Source of the DNA: a virus
Taxonomy: Duplodnaviria > Caudoviricetes
IMG/VR virus record: IMGVR_UViG_2524614649_000001
Length of the DNA stretch: 64,000 nt
Reading direction: 5' to 3' (one strand)
Below are positions 34,815-44,338 of the stretch, piece after piece. Within the stretch, counting starts at the first letter, position 1. The number at the start of each line of letters is the position of its first letter. The notes under the pieces are model-generated. The model was not told the DNA's origin. It searched no databases and saw nothing but the letters and a program-made list of their open reading frames with translations. Both the position numbers and the translations under genes were made by a program.

Positions 34815-35399
34815 ATGAGCACGATGTGTCGCACCCTGATCAACCCGACCTACGACCGGGCATGGATCGCCAAGCAGGCTGGCATCCCCAGCTATGCCGA
34901 GACGCTCGATGAGGAAGGCTTCTGGGTCTACTCGGCCTCGGACGCCGAGCGCGCGATGGAGATCATCAACGACTATCCGGTCCTGTATCTCGCCAAGGCC
35001 GGCCCCGAAGCGAAGAAGCTGATCGAAGCCCGGGCGGCCAAGGCGTTTCTCGACGGCTTCGAAGTCAGCCAAGGCCCGCTCGCCGGCCACCGGCTGCAGT
35101 GCCGCGACGCCGAAGACCGGACCAACTGGCTGTCCAGCCAGGTCAGCTATTCCGCGGCGATCGGGCTCGGCCTCGGCGACGAGCCCGGCGCGACGTTCCG
35201 CACGGCCGCGAACGAGACCCTGCAATGCACCTACCGCGAAGGCTCGGCCGTCCTGCTAGCGATGGGTAAATGGGGTGCGGGCATCATGGGCCGTGCGTGG
35301 CAGCTCAAGGACCAGGTCAAGTCGGCCGGTAGTCTTGCCGAGCTGCAGCTCGTCATCGACGACATCGACAATGGTTGGCCGACAACCGCGGCGGTGTAA
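34815..35399 (+). CDS. DUF4376-like fibre-associated protein
   Basis: LQCRD.ED..NW...FRTAANET...AW.LKDQV..A....EL...GWP. Confidence 0.6.
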   Translation: MSTMCRTLINPTYDRAWIAKQAGIPSYAETLDEEGFWVYSASDAERAMEIINDYPVLYLAKAGPEAKKLIEARAAKAFLDGFEVSQGPLAGHRLQCRDAEDRTNWLSSQVSYSAAIGLGLGDEPGATFRTAANETLQCTYREGSAVLLAMGKWGAGIMGRAWQLKDQVKSAGSLAELQLVIDDIDNGWPTTAAV

Positions 35400-35444
35400 T
35401 CCTCTTTCCTAGAAATCGACCATGCCTCTGGCGAAAGCCGGGGC

Positions 35445-35777
35445 ATGGTTGAGCCCGAAGCCCTCGTAGACAACAACGGCGACATCCACCTGCACGGCCG
35501 GCAGGGTGCAGTCCTTACGGTCGAGTTCACCGACATCACGGGCGCGCTCCGCAACATGGTCGGCACCACGGTGATGTTCGAGGTTGGCCCCAACATCAAC
35601 GTCGCCCTGACGAACGTCGTCGGTCAGCCCGCGCAGATGCAGCTGACGCTGACCCAAGCGAACGTGAAGGCGATCTACCAGTCCAAGATCAAGGATTTCA
35701 TCTTCCTCGAGACCAGTGCCGCGCAGCCGACCCCGCTGTGGACCGGCGTCTGCTATGTGACTGGGTGGGTTGAATGA
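35445..35777 (+). CDS. hypothetical virion protein
   Basis: beta-rich 110 aa; ATGA coupling to the fibre gene. Confidence 0.6.
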   Translation: MVEPEALVDNNGDIHLHGRQGAVLTVEFTDITGALRNMVGTTVMFEVGPNINVALTNVVGQPAQMQLTLTQANVKAIYQSKIKDFIFLETSAAQPTPLWTGVCYVTGWVE

Positions 35778-37909
35778 CCCAGATCACGCAGCAGGTCCTC
35801 GAAAAGGTTGTCGTCCAGCCGGGCAAGCCGCCGATGCGCGTCATGGTAGCCTACGGCACGGGCGCGCTCTCGGTTCTCGACGACGCCAGCGCCGCGGCTG
35901 ACCGCACCTGGTCGGCCCAGAAGCTGATCGCCCAGTTCGCCGCGAAGGCCAACGCGGCTCACACCCACGCAATCGCAGACGTCACCGGGCTGCAGGCGGC
36001 ACTCGACGGCAAGCTCGCCGCCGCAGGCGGAACCGTCACCGGCAACCTTACGGTCAACGGCACCTTCACGATGGGTGGCACGACCCTTTGGTCGACCTTT
36101 GGCCGCCTGTTCGTCGATGCGAACGCCGCGAATTATCGGGCCGTCAAGCATAAGTTCCAGCCCGCCGACGGGTCCACCACCTGGCTGCAAGCGGGCAGCG
36201 ACGGGGTGATCATCGACGGGGGTGGGGCCTATAACCAGCCTTCGCTGAAGATTTCGAACAATGGCTCGGGCTACTCCGGTATCCAGGTCAGCCAGCAAGG
36301 CCAGGGTCGCACCCGCACGGTCGGATCGGTCACCGATTACCAGGCCTTCACTGACAGCTGGTATAATGGGACCGCGCTGTTCCTCGTCAACGGGACGCAG
36401 TTCTACGACACCGGCGCGGCCCATTACCATTTCCAGGCGGGGATGGGCGGCACGCTCCCGGTGTTCCAGCTGAAGAACGTCGTCAACGGGGCGACGGGCG
36501 ATTTCCTCCGGGCCGTCGACAGCGCCGACGCGATCAAGTTCCGCCTCAAGGCGGACGGGGCCGCCGAGTTCGCGAGCGTTCAGGTCAACGACGTCGCCTA
36601 CGGTGCGGGCTGGGCGGGCTCGCTGCTCGCCCCGACCCGCAATGCGGTCTACAACAAGATCGCGGCCCTTGAAGCGACCGTCAACGGCAAGATCGACAGC
36701 TCGCTGATCGGCGTGCCGAACGGCCTGCTGCTGACCGACGCGACGAACAAAATCCCGGCCAGCTACCTGCCGAGCTACGTCGACGACGTCCTCGAATACG
36801 CCAACTCGGCGGCCTTCCCGGCGGTGGGCGAGGCGGGGAAAATCTACATCTCGCTGAACGACAGCCACATGTGGCGCTGGTCGGGCAGCGCCTACTTCGA
36901 CATGACCGCGGCGGCGTCGGGCGGCACGACCGCGACGTCGACCGACAGCCTGGCCGAAGGCGCGACCAACCTCTACTTCACCGTCGGGCGCGTGCGCGCG
37001 ACGGCGCTCACGGCGATCGATGTGGCAACGACCGGTGCGGTCAGCGCAACCGACACGGTCCTGTCGGCGATCGGCAAGCTCGAGGCCACCAAGCTGTCGA
37101 AGGCTGGCGGCACCATGACCGGCCTGTTCACGTCCAAGGCGTCGGCTGCCGGCGGCGCGGGTGTGAACCACCCGCACGGCGCGGACCCGACGGCCCCCAA
37201 CAACGGTGACTTCTGGTCGACGACCGCTGGCTTCAAAGCCCGGGTCAACGGCGTCACCGTGACCTTCTCGGTCAACGGCCACACCCACGCCTGGGCGGAC
37301 ATCGTCTCGGGCAAGCCGACGACCCTCACGGGCTACGGGATCACCAACGGCGCCGCGCTCGACGCGACCGAAAACGTCTTCTCGGGCATCGGCAACTTCA
37401 TCACGCCGAACGCAGGCACAACCGGCGGCCTTCGCCTGCGCGCGAACGCCACCTTGGGCTATGCGATCCAGCAGATGCTGTCTTCGGACGGCGCCACGCA
37501 GTGGGGCTACTGGCGCTACAACGCGACCGGCGACGCCGACTGGTATGGCACTGGCGGCCTGAAGTGGAATGGCAACAAAGTCGCGCTCAACAACCCGCAG
37601 CTGCCGGCCAACCAGGCGACGCCCGCGACGCTGACGCCCGACTTCGCCTACGACCAGATCAACGTCACGGCGCTGGCGAACGCTATGAACGTCGCCAATC
37701 CGACCGGCACGGCTGTGGACGGTTGGGGCATGGCGCTTCGCATCAAGGACAACGGCACCTCGCGCGCCATCACTTGGGGCTCCCAGTATCGCGGCATCGG
37801 CGGCGCGCTGACCGCGGCGACGACGGCTGGCAAGACCATGTATTTCCCGATGATCTGGAACGCTGCTGACAGCAAGTTCGACGTGTTCCCGCCGCAGATC
37901 GAACCGTAA
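35774..37909 (+). CDS. fibre protein (mosaic), located in the head module
   Basis: HTHAIADVTGLQAALDGK, LPSYVDDVLEY...FP.VGE.GKIY, STD.L.EG.TNLYFT..R modules typical of phage fibres. Confidence 0.75.
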   Translation: MTQITQQVLEKVVVQPGKPPMRVMVAYGTGALSVLDDASAAADRTWSAQKLIAQFAAKANAAHTHAIADVTGLQAALDGKLAAAGGTVTGNLTVNGTFTMGGTTLWSTFGRLFVDANAANYRAVKHKFQPADGSTTWLQAGSDGVIIDGGGAYNQPSLKISNNGSGYSGIQVSQQGQGRTRTVGSVTDYQAFTDSWYNGTALFLVNGTQFYDTGAAHYHFQAGMGGTLPVFQLKNVVNGATGDFLRAVDSADAIKFRLKADGAAEFASVQVNDVAYGAGWAGSLLAPTRNAVYNKIAALEATVNGKIDSSLIGVPNGLLLTDATNKIPASYLPSYVDDVLEYANSAAFPAVGEAGKIYISLNDSHMWRWSGSAYFDMTAAASGGTTATSTDSLAEGATNLYFTVGRVRATALTAIDVATTGAVSATDTVLSAIGKLEATKLSKAGGTMTGLFTSKASAAGGAGVNHPHGADPTAPNNGDFWSTTAGFKARVNGVTVTFSVNGHTHAWADIVSGKPTTLTGYGITNGAALDATENVFSGIGNFITPNAGTTGGLRLRANATLGYAIQQMLSSDGATQWGYWRYNATGDADWYGTGGLKWNGNKVALNNPQLPANQATPATLTPDFAYDQINVTALANAMNVANPTGTAVDGWGMALRIKDNGTSRAITWGSQYRGIGGALTAATTAGKTMYFPMIWNAADSKFDVFPPQIEP

Positions 37910-37910
37910 C

Positions 37911-38312
37911 ATGATGCCGATCCAGATGCTGCTGATGGCCAAGCGCGCATCGACAGCCCTCGACACCCAGACGGTTGTGGCCGGTTCGGTCGGCACGACG
38001 CCGAACCGCACCCGTGGCTTCACCTTGGGTGGCGTCGGCACCTGCACCGACGGCACCAGCGCCCTTTACGGCGAAGCGACCATCAACGGCATCTACCACG
38101 ACGAAGCGACGAACTCGCTCATCTTCGAAGTGGCGGGCGTCCGCGCCAACAGCGGCTGGACGACCATGACCATCAAAAATGGCGCGACTGTCGTTGCGAC
38201 CGTCACGCGCGCGTCGGCGACATTCACCTCTCCGTCCTATTCGCGCTGGACTTGGGCAGGCGTGGCCAACCCCTGGACCAACGGCCAGAGCCGCACGGTC
38301 GAGTTCACATAA
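37911..38312 (+). CDS. hypothetical virion protein (fibre-tip-like)
   Basis: Gly/Thr-rich beta protein following the fibre gene. Confidence 0.6.
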   Translation: MMPIQMLLMAKRASTALDTQTVVAGSVGTTPNRTRGFTLGGVGTCTDGTSALYGEATINGIYHDEATNSLIFEVAGVRANSGWTTMTIKNGATVVATVTRASATFTSPSYSRWTWAGVANPWTNGQSRTVEFT

Positions 38313-38377
38313 GCGGTGGATCGCGGTTGACGGCTCTTTCCTCGAAGGGGCCATCCCCCGCCGCGTAGGCGCAGGGT

Positions 38378-39517
38378 ATGAAGCGCCTCGAACTCACCCC
38401 CGAGCTGATCTCGCTGATCCACGACCGCGTCGGCCCCGACGTCGATACGGACGGCATCGCCGTTTTTGAGAGCATCTCGCTCAACAACCTGCCGCTGCCC
38501 GGCAAGAAGGGCACGATCTGGGAAGGCGCGATCGCGACCCCGCTGACGCTGCGCCAGATCGCCGACCACATCAACAATGGCGGCCACATCCCGCTGGTCA
38601 TGAACCATGACATGTCGGGCGTGCCCAAGGGCCGCGTGTTCCAGGCGGGCATCGACTACAGCTCGAGCGGCGACTTCGAGCTCCGCACCCTCTTCTACCT
38701 CGACAAGACCGAAGCCGAGATGGCGGCGAAGATCGATGCCGGCTCGATGGACGAGGTCAGCATCTCGTTCCTGCCCACCAGCTACCAGTGCTCGGAGTGT
38801 GACTTCGACTACCTGGGCGAGGGCGCGAACTGGGAGAACTTCTACACCCGCACCTGCTCCAACGACCATGAGGTCGGCAAGGATGGCGTCCATGTCCGCA
38901 TGGTCGGCCTCGCTAGCCTCATCGAGTTGAGCTTGGTTGCCCGCGGTGCAGCCGACAAGCCTAAAATTGTTGGCCGCTCCACGTCAAAGCTCGCCCCCGC
39001 GTCTGCACAGCGTCTCGCTGCCGCAGGCTTCGAAATCGACGGTCTGGTTTGCCAGGCGTCTCGTGGAGAAAGCACACCGATGGACACGAATAAGCTCACT
39101 GCCGACCTCATCGACGCCAAGACCCAGGTCGGCGTCCTGACGGCTGCGGCGACGGCGCATGAAGCGCAGCTCACCGCCGCTCACACCGCACGCGACGAAG
39201 CTCTCGGGCAGGTCGCGACGCTGACCGCCGAGCGCGACGAGCTGCAGACCAAGCTCACGGCCGCCGAAGGCGAAAGCCGCACGGCCGACGCTGAAGCCGC
39301 CGTCACCTGGCTCACCGCCTCGCTGACCAAGCTGCTCACCGCGGCTGGCAAGACGGCCGAGAACCTGCCGACCGACGTTGCCGCGCTCACCGCCGCGATC
39401 GACGCCGAAACGCAGGGCCTCACCGCGCTCATTCCGGCTGGCGGCGCTTCGCAGCAGGCCGGTGGTGATGACACCGCTCCGAAGGCCGACCTCTCGGCTT
39501 TCAAGACCCGCAAGTAA
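38378..39517 (+). CDS. prohead protease with scaffold-like C-terminus
   Basis: PLVMNHD...GRVF...DEVSISF...ELSLVARGA; Ala-rich coiled C-terminal third. Confidence 0.8.
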   Translation: MKRLELTPELISLIHDRVGPDVDTDGIAVFESISLNNLPLPGKKGTIWEGAIATPLTLRQIADHINNGGHIPLVMNHDMSGVPKGRVFQAGIDYSSSGDFELRTLFYLDKTEAEMAAKIDAGSMDEVSISFLPTSYQCSECDFDYLGEGANWENFYTRTCSNDHEVGKDGVHVRMVGLASLIELSLVARGAADKPKIVGRSTSKLAPASAQRLAAAGFEIDGLVCQASRGESTPMDTNKLTADLIDAKTQVGVLTAAATAHEAQLTAAHTARDEALGQVATLTAERDELQTKLTAAEGESRTADAEAAVTWLTASLTKLLTAAGKTAENLPTDVAALTAAIDAETQGLTALIPAGGASQQAGGDDTAPKADLSAFKTRK

Positions 39518-39529
39518 GGGAGACCTAGA

Positions 39530-39922
39530 ATGTACGATCCCCGTAATGTTGTCTCGTTCGGTTTCCCGCTCGACGACTTCACGTTCACCTACAACCTGGC
39601 GGCCGGCACCGTCCTCGCCGACGTCGGCAAGGCGCTGTCGATCGACCCGACCGGCGCGAGCAAGATGAAGCTCGCCGGTGACGGCGACACCATCCGTGGC
39701 CGTCTGACCACGTTCGAAGACCGCACCCAGCAGGGTGCGGGCCTTAAGGGCGCTGTCCAGCGTCGCTTCAAGGAAAAGCTCCCGGCTGCGGCCGCGCACG
39801 GCATCGTGCCCGGTGACAGCGTCGTGGGCGCGGGCGGTGGCCTCGTGAAGAAGGCTGCTGGCGCGAACAACACCCTCGTCGTTGAAGCCGGCGCCGACTT
39901 CGTCGTCGTCGAGCTCCTGTAA
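39530..39922 (+). CDS. head decoration/cement protein
   Basis: 130 aa between protease and capsid; DVGKAL...KLAGDGD.I.G.L...EDR. Confidence 0.65.
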   Translation: MYDPRNVVSFGFPLDDFTFTYNLAAGTVLADVGKALSIDPTGASKMKLAGDGDTIRGRLTTFEDRTQQGAGLKGAVQRRFKEKLPAAAAHGIVPGDSVVGAGGGLVKKAAGANNTLVVEAGADFVVVELL

Positions 39923-39937
39923 GAAAGGCTCAAGAAG

Positions 39938-41146
39938 ATGAAGACCCCGTTCCTCCTCGACCTCGCCCGTAACCGTCAGGCGGCCGACGTCGTCCTCGCG
40001 GGCCTCGACAGCCAGAACCCGGCCGAGAGCCTGGCCGCCGGCCAGACCCTCGTTGCCGCGGCGAAGAACCACGGCCTTGCCATGCGCGATTACCTGCGCC
40101 TGGCGATCGACCCCAATGCGGGCGAATACAAGGGCTCTGGTCTCAACGGCTACGAAGTCGCCCTCCATCACCTCGGTCTGCCTGTGCAGGACGACATGGA
40201 CTCGGGCATCCTGCTTCAGGCGGCCGCCGAGACGTTCCAGTATCGCCCCGGCACCCGCGCGCTGTTCCCGGAAGTCGTCGATGACGTCGTCCAGTGGCGC
40301 TACCGCCAGGACCAGATCGAGCGCGTCGATGGCATGCTCGCCGGTAGCCGCGGTTCGGACGGCGTCGAGCTGATCACCAAGATCATCGACGACAAGGCCG
40401 ACGACTACCAGGCCACTGGTGTCATCGCCGAAGGCGCCCGCATCCCGATCCGGTCGCTGAAGACCGACCAGAAGTCGGTGACCTTCCACAAGTTCGGTGG
40501 TGGTTACGAGTTCACCTACGAGTTCGAGCGTCGCGTTTCGCTCGACGTGGTGACCCCGTATGCCAACCGCGTGAACCGCGAGGCGGGTCTCGGCCAGGTG
40601 GGCATCGTCACCGACCTGCTCATCAACGGCGACGGCGTGAACGGCGCGGCCTCGGTGACCAACGCTTCGGCGCTGGGTGCCGGCTATGTCGACCACGCGG
40701 CCATCAAGGCCGGTCGTATGAACTGGGAAATCTTCCTGAAGTGGCTGATCAGCCGCGCGCAGAAGGGCCTCCCGGTTGACACCGTGGTCGGTAACTGGGA
40801 CATGTTCTTCGAGTGGGAGCGCATGTTCGCGACCCCGACCGGCCAGGGCATGACCATGACCGACATCCTCGCCAAGGCTGGCGTGGAAACGGCGATCGCC
40901 AACCCGCGCTTCAACGCGAAGGTGAACTTCGAAGTCAGCTCGAGCGCCCCGGCCTCGAAGCTGATCGGCTTCATCCGCGGCGAAACGGTCGAAGAGCTCC
41001 GTGAAAACGGCTCGGACATCGAAGAAAGCGTCCGCGCGATCGAGAACCAGAAGGTTCGCTACGTCAAGACCGAGAACAAGGGCTACCGCCTGGTCTTCGG
41101 TGACACCCGCGACATTCTGAACCTCGACGCGGTGGCTGCGGCCTAA
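39938..41146 (+). CDS. major capsid protein
   Basis: 402 aa, position, IAEG..IP...KFGGGYEFTYE..RR motif, strong terminator downstream. Confidence 0.85.
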   Translation: MKTPFLLDLARNRQAADVVLAGLDSQNPAESLAAGQTLVAAAKNHGLAMRDYLRLAIDPNAGEYKGSGLNGYEVALHHLGLPVQDDMDSGILLQAAAETFQYRPGTRALFPEVVDDVVQWRYRQDQIERVDGMLAGSRGSDGVELITKIIDDKADDYQATGVIAEGARIPIRSLKTDQKSVTFHKFGGGYEFTYEFERRVSLDVVTPYANRVNREAGLGQVGIVTDLLINGDGVNGAASVTNASALGAGYVDHAAIKAGRMNWEIFLKWLISRAQKGLPVDTVVGNWDMFFEWERMFATPTGQGMTMTDILAKAGVETAIANPRFNAKVNFEVSSSAPASKLIGFIRGETVEELRENGSDIEESVRAIENQKVRYVKTENKGYRLVFGDTRDILNLDAVAAA

Positions 41147-41172
41147 GTCCGCTTCCTTCGGGAACTAACAGG

Positions 41173-41205
41173 AACCCCGGGCCGTGAGGCCCGGGGTTTT
41201 CTTTT
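41173..41205 (+). terminator. rho-independent terminator after the capsid gene
   Basis: AACCCCGGGCC-GTGA-GGCCCGGGGTT then TTCTTTT. Confidence 0.9.
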
Positions 41206-41208
41206 GCC

Positions 41209-41217
41209 TAATCCACA
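41209..41217 (+). promoter_or_regulatory. TAATCCACA box
   Basis: 52 nt upstream of ATG 41261; TAG at +41. Confidence 0.7.
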
Positions 41218-41260
41218 GTCCAATCTGGGCCGTCTTGGCCGCCCATGCGTAGGTCGCGAC

Positions 41261-41581
41261 ATGAAGGAAATCACCGTCAAAACCAGCGGCAACTTCATGC
41301 TGCTCGATCGCACCTCCGGTCACGAAATTCTGCCCGGAGTTCCTACCACCGTCCCGCACACGGACTTCATTACGGAACGCCTCGAGCTCGGCCAGCTGGT
41401 CGAGACGGACGAGGAAGGCGTGACGGCACCGCCCGCAGTGCCGCCGGCCGATCCGATACCGACGAAGGCCGAGGCCGAAGCCGAAGCCGAAAAGGAAGCG
41501 GCTGCGAAGGCCGAAGCCGAAAAGGAAGCGGCTGCGAAGGCCGAAGCCGCCAAGGAGCCGACGAAGAAGGCCGGTAAGTAA
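41261..41581 (+). CDS. hypothetical virion protein with 30-bp repeat
   Basis: no SD; 41481-41549 holds about 2.3 copies of a 30-nt unit encoding an AEAEKEAAAK repeat. Confidence 0.7.
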   Translation: MKEITVKTSGNFMLLDRTSGHEILPGVPTTVPHTDFITERLELGQLVETDEEGVTAPPAVPPADPIPTKAEAEAEAEKEAAAKAEAEKEAAAKAEAAKEPTKKAGK

Positions 41582-42285
41582 TGCGCTCGGGCGTGCCGCT
41601 TTCGCAGCTCGTCGAGTTCGACCAGGGCTTCCCCGACGGGGACATCCTCTGGAGCCTGCTCGACGCGCGTGGCCTGACGGTCGCGAGCGGAAGCGTCACG
41701 CCCGCCGCGGACAGTGTGTCCGCCATCATCTTCGTCTCGGGTGACGACAACACAATCGAACCCGGCCTACTGGCCAGCCCGCGCGAGCTGGCGTGGGTCT
41801 ACACGGCGGGCGGTATGGTCGTGAACGGCCGCCGCCGCTACCGCCTCGAAGCCTTTCTTCCGCTCGGCCTGTCGGAAGACGGCGTCCGCCGGAAGCTGGG
41901 CGTCGAGCCTCACGAGCTGGGCGACGAAGCGATCGACCTCGTCGGCGCTTACGGGCGCTTCCGCGAGACGGTCGGAGCCGACAACCTCACGGCAGTCGAG
42001 CTGGCCGGCGGGCACGACGCCCTGCTGGTCTGCGACGCCATCGAGGCGTTCGCTGCCATCTCGCTTATCCCGTCGCTGCAGGTCAGCCTGGCCGCCAAGG
42101 AAGCGTCGGGCACCAACCAGTTCCAGCGCGCCACCATCAACTGGCAGCTGATCCGCGCGCAGCTTGAGGGCTACATCTCCGACGGCACCCTTGCCGCGGC
42201 GCCCGAGCTTGACCCGACGCTCAACACGGGCGCGCTCCTCGTGGTCGTCGTTCGCGATGACCCGGTGACAGGCACCACGGCGTAA
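41581..42285 (+). CDS. probable head-tail adaptor / virion protein
   Basis: TAATG coupling; position after the capsid gene. Confidence 0.6.
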   Translation: MRSGVPLSQLVEFDQGFPDGDILWSLLDARGLTVASGSVTPAADSVSAIIFVSGDDNTIEPGLLASPRELAWVYTAGGMVVNGRRRYRLEAFLPLGLSEDGVRRKLGVEPHELGDEAIDLVGAYGRFRETVGADNLTAVELAGGHDALLVCDAIEAFAAISLIPSLQVSLAAKEASGTNQFQRATINWQLIRAQLEGYISDGTLAAAPELDPTLNTGALLVVVVRDDPVTGTTA

Positions 42286-42301
42286 GCTACACCCCCGCGC
42301 C

Positions 42302-42595
42302 ATGAAAGCGCATATCCTTGTCATCGCCCTGGCGCTTGCTGCCTGTCAGCAGGAGCCCCACCAACAACCTGTCTCGGCCGAATGGACACAGAGCGAGCTC
42401 GCCTTGATCTCGCATGAGATCCAAGGCGGGATGTCGAAGCAGGATGCGGAGGCTTTCGTGCGAAAGGTGCGGGAGGTCCGCGCGCAAAACGCAACAGACC
42501 CGGCAGTCGCCCACCGGGTGGCCGAACGCCAGAAAGACCTGGATAAGCTCGCTGCGATTGCCTGCAAGGAAGAGCCCTACCGCAGCGGTTGTTAA
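42302..42595 (+). CDS. small lipoprotein
   Basis: MKAHILVIALALAA-C lipobox signal peptide. Confidence 0.7.
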   Translation: MKAHILVIALALAACQQEPHQQPVSAEWTQSELALISHEIQGGMSKQDAEAFVRKVREVRAQNATDPAVAHRVAERQKDLDKLAAIACKEEPYRSGC

Positions 42596-43041
42596 GTCCC
42601 GGTGCGGAGGACCTCGACGCCGATCGACCGGTAATTCCGCACCTGCGTCTGGCCCATCGGCAGGACCTCGCAGTGGACGCAGACCAGCTCGTTGGTCTGC
42701 TCGACCTCGCCTGCGATCTCCTCGACCAGCGCGATCTTGCGCTTCTCGCCGAAGCGCGAGTGGATCATGTCGATGATGTCCGCCTCTTCGAGCAGGTTCG
42801 CGTCGTCGACGGTGGAGATGGTGAGACCGAACCGGACCAACCAGAGACCGCTATTCTCTTCGAACGAGAAGCCGTTGACTCCGAGCAGCGGCACGCGAGG
42901 CATCTTGTCCTCGTCCATGCGGCTCTCCCAAGCCCAGTATTGCAGATCGGCCTGCCCCGGCACGGTGGACTGAATGTCCTTGACCAGCTCGTTCACCGCA
43001 CGGAGGACGGATTTGTAGAGGGTGCTGTAGAGCTTCGACAT
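42592..43041 (-). CDS. probable tail-completion/terminator-like protein on the opposite strand
   Basis: ATG 43041 (MSKLYSTLY); phage-like codon usage; alpha/beta pattern. Confidence 0.55.
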   Translation of the reverse strand: MSKLYSTLYKSVLRAVNELVKDIQSTVPGQADLQYWAWESRMDEDKMPRVPLLGVNGFSFEENSGLWLVRFGLTISTVDDANLLEEADIIDMIHSRFGEKRKIALVEEIAGEVEQTNELVCVHCEVLPMGQTQVRNYRSIGVEVLRTGT

Positions 43042-43069
43042 CCCTCTGCGGTGATTGAAGGGTTTTCGC

Positions 43070-44023
43070 ATGTCCAGCTTCCGCCTGCGGTTCAGGTTCA
43101 ACCAACAGTCGAAAGCCTCGACGAAAGGCCTCGGCGGGACGCGTGGCGGCGACAACTTCTCGCGCGTCATCGTCGAGGACGTGGCCTTCTCCTATTCGGA
43201 GGGTCTCTTCAAAAAGCTGAAGGCCGACATTGGCGGGCGCATCCACGGGGATGTGGACAAAGAGCTCGCCCACATGGCACGCATGTTCATGAGCGGCGTC
43301 GTCGGCATCGCCGGGCGCAACCGGGGCGCCACCGGCATCCTCACGGCCAAGTCGCCGAAGGCTGACATGTTCAACGAGAGCCTCTACGTCCCGGTGCGGT
43401 CGGTAGCCGGCACCTGGCCGCGTCGCAGCCCCGACTATCTGAAGTGGCGGAAGCGGCGTGAGGACGGGGGAGACCCGAGCTGGTTCCACCGTAAGGGCAA
43501 CGTGCTGGCGAAGCTCGCCTCGGCGAAGACCTGGACCAGCGCCTACGGCGGCATCACCGTGACCGTGAAGCGGCACACGAGCTTCGGCCCGTCTGACCCG
43601 GCCGCCCGCGGCTTCAACACACGCCTCGGCGGGACCCGCGGCGGCAACGCGCGCGTCGGTGTCGCTACGATCCGCGTCGATGCAATGGGCGGGATCACCC
43701 CGGCGATGCTCCCGGCGACGGGGGGCGGCGCGCTAGGCGACTTCGGGGCCAACCCGCGCAGCAACGGTCTGCTCGACAAGCTCGGCGACGACATTGCCTA
43801 CCGGCTCGGCGGTGACCCGCTGCGCGTCCCGTTTCGCCCGACGGTCCAGCCGTTCCTGGCGTTCTTCCTGACGCGCCAGCTGCCGAACGCCGTCTTCAAG
43901 CGCATCGAGCAGGGCCTCGACGGCAAGCTGCTCAACGACAACACCGGCTCGGCCGGTCGCGCGTCGAAGGGGCGTTACTCGGAACGGTCGCTGTCGCTCA
44001 AGGATTACTCGCCGCGGCGGTAA
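43070..44023 (+). CDS. hypothetical virion/neck protein
   Basis: basic, Gly-rich; ATG 43070. Confidence 0.6.
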   Translation: MSSFRLRFRFNQQSKASTKGLGGTRGGDNFSRVIVEDVAFSYSEGLFKKLKADIGGRIHGDVDKELAHMARMFMSGVVGIAGRNRGATGILTAKSPKADMFNESLYVPVRSVAGTWPRRSPDYLKWRKRREDGGDPSWFHRKGNVLAKLASAKTWTSAYGGITVTVKRHTSFGPSDPAARGFNTRLGGTRGGNARVGVATIRVDAMGGITPAMLPATGGGALGDFGANPRSNGLLDKLGDDIAYRLGGDPLRVPFRPTVQPFLAFFLTRQLPNAVFKRIEQGLDGKLLNDNTGSAGRASKGRYSERSLSLKDYSPRR

Positions 44024-44029
44024 TCCACA
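44021..44029 (+). promoter_or_regulatory. TAATCCACA box
   Basis: overlaps the TAA stop; TAG at +41. Confidence 0.65.
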
Positions 44030-44101
44030 GGACGTCATTCACCGGCAACCACTGGCCACCGTAGGGCGGGTTCACCACTCGCAACCGGCCAAGGAGCCAC
44101 A

Positions 44102-44338
44102 GTGTCCAAAAAGACCCATCGCAGTTTCACCCTGCGCGTCGATACCGACTTCTACCTCACGCTCGCCGCGTCGGCGCAGGCCGAGGGCATCCCGCTCAAC
44201 CAGCTGGCCAACCGGCTCCTTCGTCTCGGCATGGACAAGCACGTCTCGCTCGAGAAGGCCATCACCTCGCTGCTCCTCGACCGCATGGTTGACGACCCCG
44301 AACTCAAGGCCGCGATCGCCGCACAGGTGCAGGCATGA
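44102..44338 (+). CDS. Arc/HicB-C-like ribbon-helix-helix DNA-binding protein
   Basis: SFTLRVD.D....LA..A..EGI.LNQLANRLL; AGGAG SD. Confidence 0.75.
   Translation: MSKKTHRSFTLRVDTDFYLTLAASAQAEGIPLNQLANRLLRLGMDKHVSLEKAITSLLLDRMVDDPELKAAIAAQVQA

Noticed and set aside
41466-41549. 30-bp tandem repeat as a diversity-generating or mobile signal
   Set aside because: Simple in-frame low-complexity linker (AEAEKEAAAK); no reverse transcriptase or template/variable repeat pair.
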